A stretch of 64,000 nt of DNA from the human T2T-CHM13v2.0 reference genome, Homo sapiens. Each line of letters opens with the position of its first letter. Position 1 is the stretch's first letter. The position numbers and the translations under genes were made by a program. Under the pieces are notes generated by a model. That model did no database searches. It was not told where the DNA came from and saw nothing but the letters and a program-made list of their open reading frames with translations. Positions 57,074-64,000 of the stretch are shown here, in pieces. The stretch lies in assembly GCF_009914755.1 (NCBI RefSeq), contig NC_060937.1; one strand, written 5' to 3'.

Positions 57074-58339
57074 AATTTAAATTGCATTTTGTCTAAACAA
57101 AATGCACATGGTAGGCCGGATTTAGCATATGGGTTTTTGTTTGCTATTTACCTTTAAACTATGCTGAAAAACTTCTATTTTATCAAATTCTGACAATCCT
57201 TTATGATATTACATTGAAGTTCTCCTGGATGACTCTGCCAAAGGTGGCAAATTCATTTTTGCCAAGAATTTAAATATGATTTAATTACTTAATATGGTGA
57301 TAAAAGTAGGGGTTAAAGTCTAATATGCTCTACTAAAGGGTCAATATTTTTGTAAATTCTCCCCTTTCACCTTAATAAATGTAATCTTTTTATTATTTTG
57401 ACTTAATATGATACTCGTATTTTAATACAAAAAGAAAACATTTATATTTACATTGATAAAACTAACTTCCAGTAATATGAGTCACATTTATCCTTTGACT
57501 TCTCACTGCTTCTGGCACAGCATCAAAAGCTTAAATGTGGCATGGCTCCTGGACTGAGAGCAATGGATAACAGCTACCATATATATAGCATTCACCATTA
57601 TGTATTCCATATAAATTACAAAACTGACAAATTGTATTGAAAAGACAAAGGACGAAACTTTACATTTTTGGATAATAGACAAAAATCTTTAAATCTCACT
57701 AAATGAACAGTAATTCACTCATTCTATAGAGAAACTCGCTCTGGTTCAGAATATGGAACCCTAAGGAGAATTAGCTGGCCAAAAATAGAATGGAGAATGA
57801 GTTTCAGTTCCAAACAGAAAACATAAGCAACTTTTAATTATCGACCCACTCCTTTATTTGTGGAATAGTGTTGCACTGATTATTTAATTGCATAGCATTC
57901 CATTCATTTTCACAATGCTCATTTCTCTGCAAGCAGTACAAAAATAAAATCTTCAGTTTAAATTTTTGCTTGGATTTTCTTATCCAATTACTTTAAGAAT
58001 CCCTGCAATGATGACTATGGGCCAAGAATTTTAAATGACATTCTATATATGTACTTGGAAAGAATAAAAATGATGTTTCTCATTACTAAGAATTAAGCTG
58101 AATTTGTTTTGCTTTAAAATGGTTTGTTTAGAGCGAATTATATAAGAAGAGTAGTGGCTTGAGGACTCAGCTTCATGTACATGTTTCAGTACTTTCAGTG
58201 AGACTTCTTCCGAGTTTATGGCAATGACAGCTTCACCTATTCCATAGCACGTTGTCTTCAGAACTTTCAATCACAGGTCATTAATTAACTTTAGACAGAA
58301 ATTTCACTAAAGTATAGTTAATTTCCTACCTATTAAATA

Positions 58340-61110
58340 CAGATGGCTTGACTTATGATTTTTCAGCTTTTCAATGATGTTAAAGTGCCACACATGCAGT
58401 AGAAACTTAAATTTTGAATTTTGATATTTTCCTCGGCCAATAATATACAGTGTGATATGCCTTAGGCATGCAGAACAGTGGCAGTGAGCCTCAGCTCCCA
58501 GTGAGCCACGGATTCATGAGGGTAAACAACCAATACTCTACTGTGGACTGAGGTGCCCATGTTTTTCGTGTATTGGGTTTTGTGTTATTGGATTCCATCG
58601 TGTCTACAAATGCTCACTGGTGTCTCCTGCTTCTGGTGAAAAGAAGAGAAAGGCAATTACTTTGGAGATGAAACTCAAAATAATAGCCCAGCATTAAGGT
58701 GACAAGCCAGGAATGGCCATGGCATATGAATGAAGACATATGCAATCCATGATCCTGACCATCCATAAGGATATGAAGAAAATCAGTTATGCAGTAAAAT
58801 CATCAAAATGGGTCAAAAGAGCTGGACTGATTGATGATATGGAAAAATTACTTGTTACATGAATGGAAAATATACAAGTTTACATTGTTTAGTCTACTCA
58901 CAATCCAGGCAAAGGCAAGAAGTCTTTTTGATATGCTAAAATAGTGTGCTGATGTTCTAATGTATATAAAAATATTTATAGCATGTCTTGAGTGGTTCTA
59001 ACACTTCAAAAGGTGTCTTAATTTTCATAATGTAAAGGACAATGGTGAAGCAGCAGATGATATTACTGAAGGTGCCAAAGCTTTTAAGGAATAACTGCAT
59101 AGGAGAATTGTGGATGAGAAATATTTGCGAGAACAAATGTTTATTGTCAATGAAATTAGCTTGTTTTGGAAATGCATGCGGGAGCATACATACATCCATT
59201 AAGACTCCAAGACAATGCCAGGATTCAAGGCATTCAAAAACCCTGGAATTTTGTTTTTGGGTGGAAATTTAACCAAGCTCAAATTAAAGTCTTTCCTAAG
59301 CTATCACTTGAAGGGCCCTAGAACATTCAAGAACCCTAGAGTAAGCATACACTTCCCATTTATTATTATCATAACAAGGAAGTCTGGGTTATATTAGCTT
59401 TGTCTGAAGACTGGTTTATGAACTGTTTTGCTCTGCAGCCAAGAGAATATTGTAGGCAAAACAACATCTCTCTTGAGATTCTTCTGATCTTGCACAATGC
59501 TCTGGGCATCCATAGCACATCACTGGTGACATGTATCCTAATGAAGATTGTGTATTTGCCACTGAACACAATCACACTCATTTGACCAATGGACCAAGGT
59601 GCAAGAGCTGTATTCATATCATACTATGTACACCGAATATTTTTGCAGGCTGCTAAAATCACTGATTCTGGTCACATTTTGAGTTTGGGAAAGATTCTAA
59701 AGGCTATCTGGAACATTTCTGTAACATAGAATGAGGTCACACAGTAATGTTATTTGAAAGAAAATTTTGAAGACATGTAATACATTCAATGACAGTAAGA
59801 AAGATTCTGCTGTTGATAAAACGGTATCATGTTAGTAGTGCTTGGGAAAGAGCTACAAATGGACATCAATGAAAAGGATATTCATAAGCTTGTTGGTACT
59901 GAGGCTGAAGAACTGTCCAAAGAGCAGCTGATCAATTTGGAGGAGGAAAGAAATAAAGAACTTGAGGAAGAGAAAGAAGTTATATCCGAACCACCAAGAA
60001 AATTTAGAGCATAAACTTTTGCAGACTCTGATAAGGAGATATAGGATACACTTGCTTGGTATAAAGAAATATATAAAGAACAGAGGAAATATAAAATGTA
60101 CAAACAAAACTTGACTATCTTCTTGAAGAACCATCAAGTGTTGATGCCTCAGCATCTTCTACCAGGTATTCTTAAGCCTCATTAGAAGAGAGAGAAATGG
60201 ATGACTCTATCACTGTAGCATCCCAATCATCCAGCAACTAACTCTAATCTGTTGCTTCAAATATTCTTCAGGCCTAGTGTGCTTTCAGCTGTGTATATTA
60301 ATGATGAGTACCTATACATGGTACCAGTATATTAATGGTAAGTGCCTATACATGGTGAGTATCGATATCAGTCCATTGCCTGTTAGGAACCGGGCTGCAC
60401 AGAAGCAAGTGAGCAAAGCTTCATCTGTATTTATAGTTGCTTCCCATTGATCGTATTACTGCCTGAGCTCTGCCTCCTGTCTGATCAGCAGTGGCATTAG
60501 ATTCTCATAGGAGTGCGAACCCTATTGTGAACTGTACATATGAGGGATCTAGGATGCATGCTCCTTAATGAAATCTAATGCTTGATGATCTGTCTCTGTC
60601 TCACATCACCCCAAGATGGGACTGCCTAGTTGCAGGAAAACAAGCTCAGGGCTGCCACTGATTCTATATTATGGCAAGTTGTAAAACTATTTCTTTATAT
60701 ATTACTATGTAATAATAATAGAAATAAAGTGCACAATAAATGTAATGCACATGAGTCATTCCTAAACCATTTTCTCCACCCCCCCCCACCAACCTGTCAC
60801 AAAATTGTCTTCCATGAAACCGGTTCCTGGTGCCAAAATTTTGGGGACCACTGACCTATACAACTATTCTACTTTTCACTCTGAGTACAGTATTTAATAA
60901 ATTATATGAAAAATTCAACACTCTATTATAAACTAGTCTTTGTATTAGGTGATTTTTCCCAACTCTAGGCTAATGCAAGTGTTCTGAGCACAGTTGAGGT
61001 AGACTAGGATATATGGTAGCTTAGATGTATTAAAGTGTATTTTCAACCTAAAATATTTTTAACTTATGACAGGCTTATCAGAATATAATCTTGTTGTAAA
61101 TCAAGGTTCT
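58340..61110 (+). mobile_element. Near full-length Tigger5 (MER47 family)-like pogo/Tigger transposon with a degenerate transposase
   Basis: Termini 'cagatggcttgacttatga' and 'aacttatgacaggcttatcag..gtaaatcaagg'; transposase motifs RKAITLEMKLKII, QMFIVNEISLFWK, LLILHNALGIH, YLPLNTITLI*PMDQG. Confidence 0.85.
60365..60853 (+). mobile_element. MER1A (hAT-Charlie) nested in the Tigger element
   Basis: 'gcctgttaggaaccgggctgcacag..gcattagattctcataggag..aaaattgtcttccatgaaaccgg..ggggaccactg'; 8-bp acctatac at 60310-60317 and 60854-60861. Confidence 0.88.
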
Positions 61111-63418
61111 ATTTACTATCATAAATAACATGATCATAGCCTAGGAATTCTCATTATTTCACACTTGGTAGTACCATCTTCAAAGTTTCTTTTTTCTTTT
61201 CTTGGACATTTTTTTCTTTTGTTTGTATTTGGAAAAAAGAATAGCTCTTTTCTGTGATACCTCCTAGGCTGCGTCTTTGAAGAATACATGACTTGATTAG
61301 TTATTTAGTCGAAAGAAAACCATGAGCAAACAAAATTAACTCAAATGGCATGCGGTGCTAATGAGCTTGCTAGAATCACCATTTTATTATTTGCTGTAGG
61401 GATAGAAAAATTCTTAGGGAAGGTGTTTGGGGACAATGTGACAACTGAGATGCCCACTAGGAAATGTTCATGTGAATTTAACAAATAGAGTTTTATTTAG
61501 TGTTAAGTAAACACTATATAGAATGTGATTCCAGCTGAGGTTTTATTTTTTATTTTTAGTTCATACTGTTTCAATTTATCATCCTTGAATTCAGTAATAG
61601 GTTCAATGACATTGCTCACCAAAGATTTTAACGTTGTTGCAACTTTATGGGTTTGCTACTTTTATTTCAAACATTCTCATTCAGAAGATATAAAACGTTT
61701 AGGATTTTTAGAATTTTTTCTGCAACAAAATATTGAATTCTAATGATTTGGAATCCCCTTCTTGAGCTGGCCATCTATTTGGCCAGTTATTTTCTATTAA
61801 TCAACTTAATTCTGTTGTTATTTCAGTAACTAAAATATAGAAAAGCAGATTTCTATGAACCAGTTTTAAGTGGTAGCTATTAGAGAGCTAAATTAAATTA
61901 CAATAATATATTTGTGGAATTAAAAATAATTGAAAATGGGTTTTAGCATGAGCAACTCTAGGTACTCTCAATTTAGCTTCCACTTTCAAAACAGACATAT
62001 GCATCAATACTTCCATGAGTACAAACTGGTACATGTGCATCAGGGAGGATACTTTGATAAATACAATGTTATAAATAGACACCAAGCACATTACAGAATG
62101 AAATAAATAAAATAATACTTTTTGGTATAATAGTCTATAAATACACCTTTTATTTGTAAGAGCCATATTAGAACTGAAATGAAATGGATAACCATATTGG
62201 TGTGAATTAAAGGCAGACATACAGCCTCCTGAATATTGAATAAATATTATTTTATATAAAAATTTTAAATGGGAACTAATATTACACACAAATAATGTAA
62301 TACAAAATAAATGGAATATAGTTGTATTGAATCGTAGAAGGGCATGAGAAATTTAAGATCTTTACAAAACTCATATTTTACATGGTAGATTGTATTAAGA
62401 TTCTATTTTAAAACCTTATTATTTTTCTATTTTAATGAAATGATAAACTAAGACTTATATACAGTTTGTGGTTTTTCCGAGCTATATCATTATATAGGAT
62501 TAAAATCAGAACAACCCGAACACATGCATTCTTGTCCAGAAACATTTAAAAATTATGTTGGTCTAAATGTTTCTTTTTCGAGGATTATGAAATAAGTGTT
62601 CTCAATATAAATTGTATCTTAAACTAAAAATACTCTGAAACATCATCAATACTAGAATATTTCAGAATGAAGTACAATAAATTGTAGGAGATTAGCACTA
62701 GCACAAGATAACTTTAATAAAATCACTGCCAATGTCCTCATTGTGAATCTACAATTTAATAACTTTAATACGTAGTTTCCTATAGTGTTAAATACCTTAG
62801 CTATTAAAAATGCTATAAATATGCACCTTGTTTTCTTAATATGAACTTAATAATGCATCCAAACAAGTGTACATGATTATTAAGAAGGGTGCATATGTAT
62901 GCAAAAATATTCAGAAAGTGCATAGGAGAAGGAAAGTAAATGCTACACCAAATTCAAATTTTAAATGGAAAATATCATGGAATATATCTATATCAATATA
63001 GCTATATATGTGTATATAGTCACATTTGTATCTATATTTATATCTACTTATGTATATATATATGTGCATAAATGCACAGCAAATCACAAACACATTTTAC
63101 AGCTTTGATTCACAATATTCATAGTTTTGTTTACCTACATTATTAATTTTCTCAGTTCCCCTTTACCACCAAACACATAGCTACTACTATAAATTCACCT
63201 CTATTATCAGTTAATATGTAAACATAAATCAGTTATTTATTGATTATTATACTTCCTGTTTGTTATCTTATAAGTGAAACAACTAATGAATTATCATTTA
63301 TCTTTTCTTAAAAATCTGAAAATATTTTATATTATGACTATAATGTAATTTTGATTATATTCTTTATTTCTTGCAGTTGGCTTTGTGGAGAGTCTATTCA
63401 ATTAAAGTCAAAATAAAT

Positions 63419-63783
63419 TGTTATGGACTGAATATTTGTGTCCTCTCAAATTTATATGTTGAAGGCCTAACTCATCAATGTGACTGTATTTGGATATGGG
63501 GCTTTTATGGAAATAATTAAGGTTAAATGAGGTCCACTGAAATTAGGGTTATTACAAAAAGAGACACATGAGAGCTGATTTGCTCTCTCCACAGGCACAA
63601 AGAAGAGGTCATACGAACACAAAATGAGATGACTGCTATCTATAAGCCACAAGAGTTGGCCTCAGAATGAAATCTACCTTGCCAGCACCCTAATTTTGGA
63701 CTTCTTATCCTCCAGAACAAATTTTTATTGTTTAAACCACTGGGTCTGTGATATTTGTTTGGCAGCCCAAGCTGACTAATACA
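63419..63783 (+). mobile_element. MLT1A-like MaLR LTR
   Basis: 'tgttatggactgaatatttgtgtcc..ggttaaatgaggtc..ggcagcccaagctgactaataca'. Confidence 0.85.
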
Positions 63784-64000
63784 AAAGTAAACACACATAA
63801 AGAACATAAAGTTAGAGCACTAGGAACACTGTCCTCCCCACATGAGACTTGGTGCACAGTCAATGCATTGCAGTTTCTGAACTCAAAGAATCAGGTCCCT
63901 AAGGCCAACCATAATCTTTGCATTCTGCATTCCCAGCCTTGATACCTCCATCTGAAAACAGTATTGTCTTGGCCCTTGGCAGAGGCTTCTCACCAAGATG

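Noticed and set aside
57500-58330. Unique-looking stretch as a possible enhancer
   Set aside because: Nothing in the sequence alone supports function; it would need conservation or chromatin data.

Overview
AT-rich, repeat-dense primate genomic DNA, most likely human given the AluS/AluY and L1PA/L1PB subfamilies. It looks like a gene desert or a deep intron. I find no intact protein-coding gene, RNA gene or CRISPR array, and almost every ORF in the track comes from a repeat. The window is mostly nested transposons: old L1M elements, a near full-length L1PB (41.1-50.0 kb), an L1PB1, several 5'-truncated L1PAs, five Alus, MaLR LTRs, L2/MIR, a hAT transposase remnant, MER44, and a near full-length Tigger5-like element interrupted by MER1A. 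The one clearly exceptional feature is an ~830-bp foreign insert (43941-44771) that splits ORF1 of the L1PB. On the minus strand it carries one complete 178-bp exon encoding furin-like cysteine-rich repeats, which I recognise as PCSK5 (PC5/6B)-like. Both splice sites and flanking intron-like sequence are present. This is an unprocessed, orphan gene-exon copy, a candidate exon-shuffling intermediate. Smaller oddities include a locally templated insertion inside a (TA)n tract, a short putative L1 3' transduction and a tail-to-tail inverted L1 pair. All subfamily and gene assignments come from my recall of consensus sequences, not from database searches.
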